The translations under genes were made by a program, and so were the position numbers. 64,000 nucleotides of DNA from NCBI GenBank assembly GCA_050613775.1, contig JBODTK010000108.1:434001-498000 (forward strand), read 5' to 3'. Below are positions 1 through 14,779 of this stretch, in pieces (the first letter of the stretch is position 1; every line of letters starts with the position of its first letter). The notes beneath the pieces were generated by a model. That model was not told the origin of the DNA, did not search any database, and saw only the letters and a program-made list of their open reading frames with translations. Origin of the DNA: Neocallimastix sp. 'constans'. Taxonomy: Eukaryota.

Positions 1-2977
1 TCAATAGGATGTACAGTTTACTGATTAAAACAAAATATTTTAATGAAATAAATCAAATCGTTCAATCTTTTGTTCTTACCGCCATCTTTGATAATACTTC
101 CTTACCTTCTGATTTTAATATCGTTGATGAAATCGTGCGTAAATCTGAACATAATTATTTATGGAGATTACCATTAGATTCAATAAAAAATTTTAAACTA
201 CTTTTTAAAGAATTAAATCGATTTAAAAAGCAAGGAGTGATAAAAAATTACTCAATTAAGTCACCATCCTTAGAGGAGTTGTTTATAAAACTTACAAAAA
301 ATGATTCATTATCTAGTGAAGAAATAACTTCAGAGAAAAAAAAATTAAAATTAAATAAAAATAAAATTTCAACGAAGGATAATGAAATTTTAATTATAAA
401 AGATTATATGGATTTACCAAGGCCATCTCCTCATCAAAAAGTATCTTCCTTTACGAAATTACGAAGATTAATTAAATTAAGGTATAAAATTTATCTTAGA
501 GATAAATTATTCCTATTCAATGCTTTTTTCATTCCGGTTCTGTTATCTCTTGGGCTCTTTTTCGTCTTAAAATATTTTAAGAGCATTAATTATAATAAAA
601 TTATAGAATTTAAAGAGGCAGAAATTTCACCCTACACCATTTATAATCAAGAAATATGGAATTATGATATCAACAGTTCTAATTTAGGAAAAGAATTTTT
701 CTTAAATCATTCACCTCTCACCAATATTGAATATAATAATATTACAAGTTTCAACAACTATACCTATTCTCCTTTATACAATAAGGAATATATTTCATCC
801 ATATCCGGAATGTTATTAGAAAATACTAGTAGTACTTATATCTTTGATCTCTATTATAATCAAACTAAACTTCATTCTGTTCCAGCGGTGGTTAACCATA
901 TATCAAACTTAATTTTAAGTTCTAAAAATATTAATTCTAAAATCAGTGTCAAATCCCATCCCTTCTCATATTATGATCTTTTTGATAAACAAATTGTCTT
1001 TAGTATCATTGGTATGTTAATTGGTATTATATTAATAGGTAGTTTGGTTAAATATGGAACCTTGGTAACCAAAGAAAGAACAGAATTAATTTTAAAACAG
1101 TTGCATTTAAATAATATCAGTAATAGAATTTATTGGACCTCAGTCCTATTTACTGATTTTTCTCTTTCCATTTTTACATGGATTTTAATAATACTTATTG
1201 CTATTTTATGTAAATATGAAGTTTTCAATAACTTCAATGCCATTATAATTTTAATCATTAGTTGCATTTTATGGTAAGTACAAACTTTTATATATATATA
1301 TATATATATTGATTAAAAATAAAAATAATAAATAAATAAATTATAAAAAATTAAATACTAACAATTAACTATTACAAAAAAAAAAAAATAAAAATAAAAA
1401 TAAAAAAAAATAAAAAAATAAACAATAAAAATAAATTTATTTAAATATATTATATATATATAAATAGCTCCTTTGGTTCACTTCTTTTCCAATATTTCTT
1501 AAGTTTTTTATTTAAAACCACGGAACAAGCCTATTCATTACTACCAACCATTAATCTTTCTTTTATTATACTTGGTTATGGGATGAATACTTTTATATCT
1601 GTGATTAATTATAATAGTTCCAATCTTCAATCCATAAACGATATCACCTTTATATTCTTCCAAACCATTTTATCCTTCATATATCCAACCTATGGCTTTA
1701 TCAGTATCATTAATTCTCTCTCATGGATCAAAGTATTTAATAGTATTAATCCTAAAAAATATCCACTAGTATTTTGGACTTATTTTGATTTACAAGGATG
1801 TGTATTACCACTCTTAATAGCGGTATCCATATCCATTATATTCTATTTTTCAATTATAATATCATTAAATAAAAAGCATAACAGTGTAAAGTATGGAAGA
1901 AATGCAATTTCAAGAAATATCATTGAAAAAAATGAAGAATATTTAAGTAGAAATGAAAGAGATACGTATAATGAATATATATTAGTTCATAGGAACTACA
2001 GATATTATCCAATCAGTGTTTTAAATTTACATAAAACCTTTAAAAACAAATCCAAAGAAAAACTAGAGGGACCCTATCGAACCATTTTAGAGAATGTGAC
2101 CTTCCATGTCAATCAAAGTGAATGTTTTGGATTATTGGGTCCCAATGGAGTAGGAAAATCTACCACCTTAAATATTTTAACGAATACCATTCCACCAAGT
2201 TACGGTCATATTTTCTATGATGGATTGAATATGAATGAACTCTCCGCATTAAATCTGGGTTACTGTAGTCAAAATGATATTTTTTGGAATGAATTAACAG
2301 TGAGAGAACATCTTGAATTAGTATTGGAATTAAGAGGATATCCTAAATCGGTAATTAAGGATACAGCGAATCAATACATATTTTATTTTGATTTAGAGGA
2401 TTATCAACATCGACTGATGAAACATATCAATGAAGGAATAAAGCGTAAAGTTTCTTTTCTATTAGCTATTTGTGGTTATCCAGAGCATATTATATTGGAT
2501 GAACCAACCTCCGGTATGGATCCTTATAATCGACACTTTATATGGAAGGTGATTCAAGAGATTAAGAATAAGTGTCAATCGTCTATTATTCTGACCACAC
2601 ATTCAATGGACGAGGCCGAAACACTTTGTGATCGTTTAGCAATACTCTTAAATGGTCGATTAAGTTGTATTGGTTCACCGGAGTATCTCACCATGAATTA
2701 TGCCACCAATTATATACTAGATATAGAATCCGATGTATTGGATTTAGTTCATGAAGAGATTTTCCTTAATCCAAGCTCCATATTTCATAGAGTGAAATAT
2801 ACGTATGAAAAGGAAACCACTACCCGATGTAAATATACCATTGAAAGAAAATATAATGTTGGAAAATTATTTGAAATATTAGAAAAAGCTAAAAATGAAA
2901 ATAAAATTAATGATTATACGATCACACAATCCTCCTTGGAAGATGTTTTCATAGACTTTATTAAAAAAAGTCAATAA
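1..2977 (+). CDS. ABCA-subfamily ABC transporter, 3' part (5'-truncated); exons <1..1273 and 1468..2977
   Basis: Intron 1274-1467 (GTAAGT...TAAATAG) joins the two ORFs in frame (TG+C). Exon 1 has the post-NBD1 motif SLEELFIKL and TM helices. Exon 2 has Walker A GPNGVGKST, Walker B IILDEP, H-loop LTTHSMDEAE and the C-terminal SLEDVF motif typical of ABCA. Confidence 0.93.
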
Positions 2978-3001
2978 TTAACAGGAAAATATATTTATAA
3001 G

Positions 3002-3088
<87 letters not shown>

Positions 3089-3735
3089 AATAGTAACAAT
3101 AATAATAAATAATTTAATTTAATAATTGACAAATAATTTTGTATATAATTAATTTCAATATTAAAAAAAAAAAAAAAAAAAAAAATATGTAAAAATTATT
3201 TAAAAAAAAAAATATTAATATTTAATATTAATTTAAAATAAAAATATTAATAATATTAATCATTATTAATAACATTAATTTAAAAAAAAAAATTAAAAAT
3301 TATAATAACAATAATAATAATAATAATAATAATACATGAAATGAAATAATAATAATTATAATAATAGGAATAATAATGAAATGAAGAAATAATAATATTA
3401 AAAGAAAAATATTATTTATATATTATTATGATTATGATTATTGTAAATTTAATTAATAAAAAAAAATATTATTTAATATTAACTAAATTATTTTATTTTT
3501 TATTTTCTTTATTTTATTTTATTTTATTTTATTTTTATTCTTTTTTTTTTTTTTTTTTTTTTCTTTATTTCTATTATTATAGTAATATTATAGTAATATA
3601 ATTATATAAATACTCTTAAATATTTTTTTTATTATAATATTTTATAAAATTTTTTTTTATTTTTAATTTTTATATTTTGTAGATAAGTATATGTATATTA
3701 TTTTTTTATTTTTAATTATTATAGTTTTTTATAAA

Positions 3736-3766
<31 letters not shown>

Positions 3767-4006
3767 TAATGATAACTAATGTTTTTTTTTTTTTTATTAT
3801 TATTATTTTAATAATTATAATGATTATTATGTTTTTTTTTTTTTTTTTGTTAATTTATATTATTATTTTAATAATCATAATGATTATTTTTTTTTTTTTT
3901 TTTTTTTTTGTTTTTAATTGATTTTATAAAAAAAAAAATTTATTAAAAAAAAAAAAATTTCATAAAAAATATTTATCAACGACCCTATTTTATATTTTAT
4001 GTTCAA

Positions 4007-4092
4007 TGTTCAAAATATAAATGTTGTAAATATGATTTATATATATACATGTTCAAAATATAAATGTTGTAAATATGATTTATATATATACA
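4007..4092. repeat. Two tandem copies of a ~43-bp unit
   Basis: ATGTTCAAAATATAAATGTTGTAAATATGATTTATATATATAC occurs twice. Confidence 0.8.
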
Positions 4093-4569
4093 TATATTAG
4101 GCATATTTTTTTTTAAAAAAAAAATTATCAGGAATAAAGTTTATTATATAATATTTATTTAATATATAAATATATGAAGATAAAAATACATGAAATTTTT
4201 TTTTTTTTTTTTTACTTAGATTATAGATTTACAAGAATGATTGTGAGTTTACGGTTTTTGCGTTTATTGAAAAGAGTATGTGACACCTAGTTTGATTGAT
4301 TTTACTTTTTTTTTTTAACTTTTTTGTTTTACATTTTTAAATTAATGCTGAAAAAAAAAAAAAAAAAAACATTTACCCTCCCATGCTGGAATGAATCAAA
4401 TTTTTCAAAAATCTAATTATCCTAATATTTCCTCTTAAAATACTTAATACTCATAATATCATCAGAAAGAACCTTGTATTCTTTTATTAAAGAGAGAGAG
4501 ATCACAGAATGCTTAAAGATTAATTAATTTAACTTCTAAATTTAAAATTTTTTTAAATTCTTTTTCCAT

Positions 4570-4602
<33 letters not shown>

Positions 4603-5059
4603 GCTTTTTAATATGATAATAATTTCTTAATGTAAGCAGAGACAATGGAATACTGAACTCTGTAGATTGTTTTTTTGTTTTTAGAAACTCTTAACTTGAA
4701 TTTCATCCCCTACTTCATTGGCTGTAACATAAAGTTTTTTTTTTTTTTTATCATAGCATTAATGACTAGATCAAAAAAAAAAAAAAAAAGAGACAAAGAA
4801 AATTTAAAAATTATTATTAATATATGTTATTATGGATATGATAAGAATAGAGACTAATTTCTAACAAAAGTATTAAAATAAAATAATACACAACACAAAA
4901 AGATGTCAACATCTGGTCTGTAAAAAGAAGATTAAGTTAGGTGTAGTGATGGAGACCACTAAAACTCTCCCTCAAATCAGTCAAATAGAAATATTAATCA
5001 TCCGGAGATTTAATTTTCCCGTAAATTCGTTTGTGTAAAAAAATGATGATTACTATTTG

Positions 5060-5560
5060 TATTTAAGATATACAAAGAAGGAAGACTAGCAGATGAGGTT
5101 TTTCCTTCTTGGTCATAATCGGTTCGACATCGACTCTCTTGGTTATTAAGGGTTGTCTTTTTTTTTTTTTTTTTTTTTTTATTATTATTATTATACTAAT
5201 CAAAAAGTAACTCAAGAAAGCCACTAATGACTAGTAAAGTATACTAGTGAGGTAATCCTTGAAGGTTAAGCTCTATATGGAAGCATTAATCCCACAACTC
5301 TTTTAATAGAATTTCTTTTAATGTTATTGTTCCCCAGTATTGTAATTTTGGCTAATCTAATGTTAAAAGTTCCACCAAGAAGGAACATAAAAATATTAAA
5401 GGAACATTTCAAATATCCAACGAATAAATGACTGATCACCTTTACCATACCATGAACAACTTTTGGTACATTTTTCTATAACTCTACCTCTTCCCAAGGA
5501 AATATATTAATATACTTATTCCTATCACTAATAGTCTTTTAGTATGATAACCTCTAATAT
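5060..5560 (-). mobile_element. Decayed non-LTR retrotransposon (LINE-like) ORF2 3'-end remnant
   Basis: Minus strand reads KCTKSCSWYGKGDQSFIRWIFE, a degenerate C-x2-C...H-W-x3-C knuckle, then FLLGG; related fragments at ~12.9 kb and ~49.2 kb. Confidence 0.45.
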
Positions 5561-5915
5561 TAACAATATTTTAAATTTTTTTTTTTTTTATCATTTATAA
5601 AATAATCTTAAATTAATAATCAAATAATAATATATTATAAATACTTTTTTTTTTTTTTTTTTAATATTACTTTTATTAAAAAAAAGATAATTTATTTTTT
5701 ATTTATTTTTTATACTTTATATTTAGTATAAAAATAATAAAAAATAAATATATATATTATATATACATATATATTTTAATACATGTTCTAATATTTTTTT
5801 AAATATATATAATATAATTTTCCTTTTTGCTTATCTTTACTTTTTTTTTTTTTTTTCAACAGATAGTTTGGTATTATTTTTTCTTTTTCTTTCTTTTTCT
5901 TTTTCTTTTTCTTTT

Positions 5916-5971
<56 letters not shown>

Positions 5972-6801
5972 AATTATAAAAAAAAAAAAAAAAAAAAAGA
6001 AAAAGAAAGAAAATAAAAAAAAAAAAAAAATGATATAATGTTAAAAATAATTCGTATTAATAAAATCCTTAAATTATTTTCTTTTTCTAAAAAAAAAAAA
6101 AAAAGTTTTAATTTCTTAAAAAATTTTGAAATCTTAGCCTTATACTAATTTCAACATATATAATCAAAAAGAATTAAAAGAATAATAAAAAAAAAAAAAA
6201 AAAATTGTAAAAAAATCATGGATAGTTTATGCTTAAAAATAGTAAATAAAAAAAATAAGAACCAAAATGTTTAAATTTAAAAAGTAAATAAAAAAATTAT
6301 TTGTTATATTTTTTAACATTTGTATTTTTGATTCTTTAAATGTTTTTTTTTTTTTTTTTATGAATTGTTCTTGTTCGCTTGTTTTTTAAAAAGTATAAAG
6401 AAAAAAATTTGGTATGTTTTTCTTTTTCAATTCTTTCTCTTTTTCTTTTTTTTACTATATATGAATATATCATATTTTTTTCATATTTAGTTTAAAAAAA
6501 AAATGATGATGAAAAAGAAAATAATCTATGTTTAAATAATTAAATAATTAAATATATTATGTATTAAGAAAAAAAGAAAAAAAAAATATTTATATATATA
6601 AAAATAATTTGATGATTTATCATTTAATTGATAGAGAAACATATGGTTATATTTATAATAAGGATATCAGGAGTGAAAAAAAAAAACGTTTTTTTTAAAA
6701 ATAAAAATTAATAGGGTTTTTAAAATTAAAGGTAAAAAAAATAAAATATTGGTTATAAATTATTATTCTTTCTCTTTATAAAAAAAAAATAATAAATCTC
6801 T

Positions 6802-8242
6802 CTAAGCACATGGTGCAACATAACCATATTTAAATATATCATCAACTAATGCTGGATTTGCCACTATACGAATTAAACGTTCATAACTCTTCTGATCTCC
6901 GTAAAGTGCTGCTTTTTCAAACCATCTAGCTGCTTCTTCTTGATCCATTTCACAACCATAACCAGATTCATAACATAAACCCATATGATACATAGCTGAT
7001 ATTGAATTATTTTTAGCAGCTTTTTTATACCAATAGAAAGCTTCTTCTCTATTCTGTGGACATCCTTTTCCATAGAATAAATAGTGACCTAATTTTGTTT
7101 GAGCACGAGCATGACCTTGCTTTGCAGCTAATCTATATAAACGAATTGCCTCAGCATGATTTCTTTTAACACCTGTTCCTTCTGAATATAACATGCCAAG
7201 ATTTGTTTGAGCCCACATATTACCTTGTTGAGCACTTTTTTCATACCAATAAAGGGACTTGCTCATATCACGTTTGCAACCAATCCCTTCTTCATATAAA
7301 TGACCTAATGTATTTTGAGCTAAATCATTACCACCCCTAGCACTCATATGAATCCAATGGAAGGCTGTTGCAGCATCAGCAGTCACACCTACGCCATTAC
7401 GATAACAACAACCTAGAGAAAGTTGTGCTGGTGGATGACCAAGATTGGCAGACTCTTTATAATAATATACAGCTTTTCTTTCATCAACTTCAACACCTAA
7501 TCCATATTGATATGCATAACCTAATGAATGTAAAGCAAAAGCATTACCAGCCATAGCACTCTTTCTATACCATTCAACAGCTAATGTTATATTCTTTTCA
7601 ACACCAATACCATATTGATAAGCATGACCAAGATTATGTTGAGCTCTTGAATGACCTTGTAAAGCAGCCATCTTGTACCAGTAGGCACCTTTAACTTCAT
7701 CCTTTTCACATCCAATAGCATTTTGTAAACAAAAACCTAAATTACACATAGCCCATGGATAACCTTGTTCAGCTGATAATTGATACCAATAAACAGCTAC
7801 CTTTTCATTTTTTTCAACACCAAGACCCTCTTCATACATATATCCTAATGAATTTTGAGCATAACAATTACCTAATTCAGCAGACTTTCTGTACCATAAT
7901 ACAGCTTGGTTAATATTACAAGCAACACCGATACCTTCTTCATAGCAATGAGCTATATTATACATAGAAACAGATTCATTTTTTTGAGCAGCTTTATAAT
8001 ACCAATAGAAAGCAACTTCATCATTTTTTTCGACTCCAAATCCTTCTCCATAACAATATCCTAATATTCCTTCACCTCTAGATTGTCCTAATTCAGCTGA
8101 TCTTTTATAATAGAAAACAGCTTTAGATGGATTCTTTTCAACACCTATACCATCATGATAACAAACTCCTAAACAATAAATTGCTAACATAATAATAATA
8201 AGTTAAAAAAATTTTTTAATAGTGAATTAAAATATCCTTTCC

Positions 8243-8275
<33 letters not shown>

Positions 8276-8932
8276 GTATGTATATATATTTATACATTTT
8301 GGAATTTATAATTTATATTTATATAAAATAAGAATAATATATTAATTATATTTATAATTACCAGCTGGATGTTGTTCAACGGTAGCAGCATTTATTAACC
8401 ATTGAATAGCTTGTGATCCTCGTTGATTAACTCTATTTAACCAATTTTCTGCTTCAGTACGATCTATCTTTACACTTGGTCTTCCATAACGACGTAAAAA
8501 TGCTAAACGAGCTTGAGCTAATCCGCTATTATCATTAGCAGCACAAATATATAATTCTTCAGCAGATTTAAAATTTTCAGGTACACCCAAACCAAATTCA
8601 TAGCAGAAACCTAAAATTGCTTTAGCTTGAGTAACACCTTCACTACAAGTTCTACTAGCAGCAGTTTTGAAATATTTTACTGCCTTTTCTTCATCTTTTT
8701 CAATTCCATTTTTACCAAAAAGATAACATTCACCCATATAAATAAGGTTTTGAACATTGTTGGTTTCTTCTATTATTTCATGCATTTTGTTTGATTTTGA
8801 TTTTTTATTTTTAAGACTTTTCTTTGAAGATAAGGAAGAATTTTTATTTTGAGTAGTAGTTGAAGTAGTAGTATTTATATGAACGATATTAAAAATCTTA
8901 CTAACTCTACGAAGAATAGAGAGTTGAACCAT
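6802..8932 (-). CDS. Sel1-like repeat (SLR) protein, 650 aa; exons 8932..8362 and 8183..6802
   Basis: Intron 8361-8184 (GTAATT...TGTTAG) joins in frame (G+CA). Protein has many 36-aa SLR repeats of the form AQxxLGxxYxxGxGVxxDxxxAxxWYxxSAxQG. Confidence 0.93.
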
Positions 8933-10374
8933 TTACAACAAAAATTAATTTATTTATTTCAAATATTCGGAAGCAAAATATATTTTAGCAACCCAATTTT
9001 ATTTATCCAAAAAAAAGAAAATATTTTATATATATATTTAAAGATAATAATTTATTTTAAAATATATATATTAATATTTAGAAATAATATATATATAATT
9101 AAAATAAAAATTGACAATAATGAAAAATCTATTATGTGAAAAAAAAATTTTTTACATTAAAAAAAGTTCAAACTTTTATAATTTTTTAAAAAAATAAAAA
9201 CTTTTATATTTTTTATAGGTTTTGTTGTTATTTTTATAATATATTTTTTTATTCTTTATTATAGTAATTAATTAAAAATTTAAAATATTTACCTCTATCA
9301 AAAAGTTTTACTATATTTTAGTTTATATTAATAAACTCTTATTATTTATCAGATTATTTATTCTTTTGTTATACGTGTATAAAATGTAATATATATTATT
9401 TTTCTTTCTCGTTCAAATTATTGAATTTATTCTTTAAACAATCGTTTATTATTCTTTCTCTAAATTAAAAATATATATATTTATTACTGTTCTAAATTAT
9501 TAATACTTTATCTATTGTATCTAGATATATCTAATAATTATATATTCTATATTTAATTATTAAACAGAGTCTTCTTTACTAATTTTTATTTTTTTTTTTA
9601 ATTTATTTTTTAAATTTATTTAATAGTCATAAATTAATATTTAATAATTTTTATTTTATTTTTAACTTTTCTTTTTCTTATAAGAAAATGAATTTTAATC
9701 AAATAAATATTATTAAATTCGATAAAGTCTCTCCAAAAATAAAAATACAACTAATATTTGTATTCTATAATTAAAATATTAACCTTAACGGAATTATCTT
9801 TTTATAAAAATAAATCTTTTCAAATATAGTATTTTTTTTTAGTTAATATTTATTACTGTTTTTGTTTTTGTTTTTATTTTTTTTTTTTCTTTTTTAATAA
9901 AACTTAATAAATAACTACTTTATTCTTACTTCTTTTCTAAAACAAAGATAAAATAAAAACAAGTTTAATAATTAAATAAAAAATAAAAAAAAAAAAAAAA
10001 ATAAAGATTAAAATAAAAATGTTAAAAAATAATAATCATAACTAAATTTTCTTTTACTTTTTAAATTATTAAAACTTTAATATTATATAATAAAAAAAAA
10101 AAAAAAAAAAGCATTTTTTAAACAATGCTGGAGAAATGTTTTTTATTTATATGAATATTAATTATTAATTAATTAATTAATTAAATATAATTAATAATTA
10201 TTGGTTTTTTTTAAATTTACAAAATAAAAAAAAAAAAAAAAGAAAAAAAAATAAAATAAAATAATAATATAATTAATTAATATAACAAAATAAAATAATA
10301 GCATAAACCCCCCATTTCATTTCAATTTTACTGTCCAATTAATTATTTGTTTAAATAAATTTATGATAATAATT

Positions 10375-10446
<72 letters not shown>

Positions 10447-12924
10447 TTGTGATTATTAACTATTATTAAATTATTCATTCATTCATTTATTATAATTGTT
10501 TATTATTATTATTTATTCATTCATTTAATCATTTATTATAACAATTATTTTTTATTTATTAAATATCTATTATTTATCTATTTATTAATATTATGGTAAT
10601 GTATTTCATTCATACATTTAGATAATTTGAATAATTAATTATTTATTAATTATTTCTATTAGATACCAACTATAAATTAATTAATAATATAAAAAGATTA
10701 AGAAAAAAAAAAAAGAAAAAAGAGAAACCAAGAGTCAGTATTATTTTTACCTCTCATACTACCAGTGAAAAAGTATAAAAAATAAAAATAACAATAATAA
10801 AAGTTTAGTAACAAATAAATAATCCAAAGGAGAATTTATTAATAAATATTAAATATTAATTATTAATTATTAAATAATACTAAATTGATTCAATTATATT
10901 TACTTAAATTTCTCTGTATATTGATATATTGATACTTCAGTTAAATATAAATATATTAACAAATAAATAATATATTTTCAAGTTTTTTATGAGAAAAAAA
11001 ATTTCATCATATTCAGTTACTACAGATATTTATTTTATTGAAAGTCAATTGCCACATATATTATATATATTGAATTAATAAATAATAATATAACTGTAAT
11101 AATCTGTAATATATTATTATCTATGATAAATTAATTCTATAAAATATTAAGAATATATCTCCAGTCGAATTTGAAATAGTAAAATTAATCTATTTTTAAA
11201 AAAAATTATTAATAATATATTTATATTGATAAAGATGTAGATGTATAAATAAAAATTGATTATTAATATATGATATAAATTAAATTTTAATTAAATTGAA
11301 TAATATTCTCTATAAGGTTTATCCTTAAAATTCATTTTATATTTATTATAATATACATTAATATATGATATACTATAATGATAATTAATACAATATATTT
11401 GTACATATTTTATTTAAATTAAAAAAAGAGAAGTACATATAATATTATGTATATATTATATATATATATAATATATACTATATATCATATTTATATATTA
11501 ATTTACTATTGATTATTTTAAACAAAAGAAAGAAATATTCAGATATTAATATTTTATATAAAATAAAGTTTGAACTATAGATTATATTAATAATAAATGT
11601 TTCAGTCAATTTATAAATATATTAAACAATGAATTAATATAGGATGAGAAATAAATTTGAAATGAATACTAATTTAATGTTATGGATAACCAATAAAAAT
11701 AAAATAGAATATATGCAACTTGATAATGTTGATAATCATATTACCTAAAAGGATTAAAGTTTAATAAATAAGTAATCCTATATTAATAAAGAATTAATTA
11801 TGAATAGTGTTTTATTATTAACTTTTTTTTTTGTAATAGGTATAATTTAGTAATACTAAGTATTATGGAATATATTTTAATATATTATTAATATATTAAT
11901 ACATTGAGTTTAAATGTTTTAATTTTATTGAAATGTATAAAATATGCTTCAAAGAAAATAATAGAATACAGAATATATAGAATAACTATAAATTATATTA
12001 TAAATTGATTTTAATACATTATGATTATATATGAATATGATATATTAATTTATGAGTTTTAATCTATTATGATTATATATGAATCTAAATATGTATTTTA
12101 AAACTCTTTATAAAAACCATTGTATTGGTATATATTGTGGCTAATAATTAATAATATAAATGAAGTAGTAAATAACAGAATATATGAAATAAGCTTTATT
12201 AAAAGAATATATATGACAAACAAAATAAAATTTAGTTTTCTGAATAATATCAGTAGACTTACCAGTTGATTAGGGAATATATTTCCTTTACTTACTAGAT
12301 TTTATTATTATTGAGATAGATACTAATACAAACCACTAATTTGTATAACAAAAATTGATATTATTTATTTATTTAATTATTCATATACTTATATATTTAT
12401 TTATGGATGTATTTATTGTATTTACGCATTATTATATTTATTTATGTATTTATTGTATTTATGTATTTATGTATTATTATATTTATTTATGTATTTATTG
12501 TATTTATGTATTTATGTATTATTATATTCATGTATGTATTTATTGTATTTATTTAAAATTTAAAAATTACACTAGGGAAATAAATAAAAGTACAAATATT
12601 TTTTAACATAAATTTTATTTATATTAAAATATAAATACAATTTTATAAAATTATTGGAAAATTAGGTTTTATTAATAAAATAAACATTAAAGTTTGTAAC
12701 TTTAATTATTAGAAAATAAATTAAATATAACTTTAAAATAGCTTCTTTACTAAGGTACTACTTTCAATTTTAAATTGAATTTTTATTCTAACCCTTTTGT
12801 ATGTATGTATTGTATATGTTATAATAAAAATGCCTATTTACATAATTAAAAAAGAAATGTTATAATTTATTTATATTTAATTTGATTATCTTAATAACAA
12901 CAGAAATAATTTTCAAATTTTAGT

Positions 12925-13050
12925 TGCCTCAAGAGGTCGAGTCGACGTCGAAACGATATGGCAAAGAATTCAATGAGGATCTGATACGATATGGGAAAGA
13001 TAGGGTGCCCTATTGTAATCTCCCCTCTCATTAATTTCAGTCAAAAAAAA
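12925..13050 (-). mobile_element. Short LINE-like remnant
   Basis: ATGGCAAAGAATTCAATGAGGATCTGATAC matches ATGGCAAAGAATCCAATGAAAATATGATAC at ~49178; minus strand encodes H(W>*)ILCH versus SYFHWILCH there. Confidence 0.4.
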
Positions 13051-13973
13051 AAAAAACGTTAAACAAATATTTCTGGTACTACTCAGAATTCTGTAGACTT
13101 CCCTTACGATTACTACCAATATAATAAAAAGTTTATCTTATTTCCTAAAATATAAAAAGACTATTATCTATTTTGTTTGATTTATCTTATTTTTTTAAAA
13201 AAAAAAAAGGAAAGATTATAAAAAAATCATTTTAATTATATATACAAAATTTTAAATAAGAAATGAGTCCTCCATTACCTTATTTATTTATTTATTTATT
13301 TACTTATTTTATTATTCATTTATTTATTTATTTTATTATTCATTTGTTTATTTATTATATTATTCATTTGTATATCTATTATTTATTTATTTATTTATTT
13401 TATTATTCATTTGTTTATTTATTTTATTATTCATTTGTATATCTATTATTTATTTATTTATTTATTTATTTTATTATTCATTTGTTTATCTATTATTTAT
13501 TTATTAATATTATTTATTTATTTATATTATTTATTTATTTATTATTAATTAATTAATTAATTAATTAAATTGATAGAAATAGAAAATGTAAATAAATTAA
13601 TTAGAATATATTACAAATAAAATTTTACAAAAAATAAGGTTTACAAAAAATAATGAAAATTTTTAAAAATTTTAAAATAATGTTAGAATGGTAATTGTGG
13701 ATTGAAATTATTTCTTCTGAATAGAAAAAAAAAAAGAAAAAAAGTTTTGTAGTTCTTCGTAAAAAAATTTTTTTTTTTTTTTTTTTATATATATATTATT
13801 TCCGTTATGTACCCTTTACAGGAATATTGAAGTAATCACAACACTTCCATATAAGCAGAATTGTCCCTGCTGGACAGCCTTACTGAGTATTCAGCATTGG
13901 TGCTATGACATGCATATTATTGTTAAGAATTTTCTAGGACACTCTTTCTTGAGGAGCTTCTCCAGTTCCTAAA

Positions 13974-14759
13974 GGGGTGTTACATTTCGAAACGTGGCTT
14001 ATAAATAAAATTTTGGTTCATAATTTAACGACCCACATTTTTTTTTTAAACAATTGTAAAAAAATAAAAATAGAAATAAATACAAATTTGTAAATTTTTT
14101 TTTTTTTTTTTTTTTTCATAAACACATTATTTATAATAAATAAATTAACTATTAATAAATAATTATTATTATTTTAACAAAAAATTTTAAAGTATTATTA
14201 AATATTATTTTAAATAAAAGTATTAAAATATATCTTTAAAATTAAATATTATTAAATAATGTTTCGGGAGAGTTGCATTTCCCTAAATTGCATTTCGCCA
14301 GGTTGTATTTCGACAAGTGGCGTAGTATTAAAATGTTGCATTTCCCCAAGTTGCATTTCCCCAAGTTGCTTTTCGCCATGTTGCATTTCGACAAGTAGTG
14401 TATTGATATAAATAAATGAATAAATAAATAAATATTAATTCAAAATATTTTTTTTAAAATTGTTTTTATGCGATATTAATAATATTTAATTTTATTTATT
14501 GATTTATTTATTTATTTAATAATTTTCAATTTGGTGAAATGCAACTTGGCGAATTGCAATTTGGCGAAATACCACATTTTTTTAATATGCCACATGCTTT
14601 CAAAAAAATTGGCGAAATGCAATTTGGCGAAATGCCCCACACCCTAATGTTTCATTATTTTATATTATTTATTTATCAAAATAATTTAAGCCACCCTTAC
14701 ATCAACGGTTTTTTAAAGTATCATGTCATATAAAGTCACGTTCCGAAATGCACCACATC
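13974..14759. mobile_element. Mutator-type MITE (outer element), interrupted by a nested MITE
   Basis: Left end GGGGTGTTACATTTCGAAACGTGGCTT versus right-end reverse complement GATGTGGTGCATTTCGGAACGTGACTT; AGTTCCTAA at 13964-13972 and 14760-14768 (9-10 bp TSD). Confidence 0.72.
14266..14644. mobile_element. Mutator-type MITE, 379 bp, with perfect 9-bp TSD
   Basis: Ends GGGAGAGTTGCATTTC ... GAAATGCCCCACACCC; TSD TAATGTTTC at 14257-14265 and 14645-14653; subterminal ~15-bp units (GTTGCATTTCGCCAA-like) inverted in the two arms. Confidence 0.9.
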
Positions 14760-14779
14760 AGTTCCTAACTTCCCTTTGA

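Noticed and set aside
6802..6820. Calling the Sel1 protein Chs4/Skt5
   Set aside because: Ends in APCA, not a CaaX box, and Sel1 repeats alone do not establish orthology.
11000..12300. Possible very old coding remnant
   Set aside because: No recognisable motif or sustained frame.
14266..14400. 15-bp GTTGCATTTC repeats as a CRISPR or guide-RNA locus
   Set aside because: They are subterminal repeats of a TSD-flanked MITE; no TnpB/Fanzor RuvC-like ORF was recognisable in the window.
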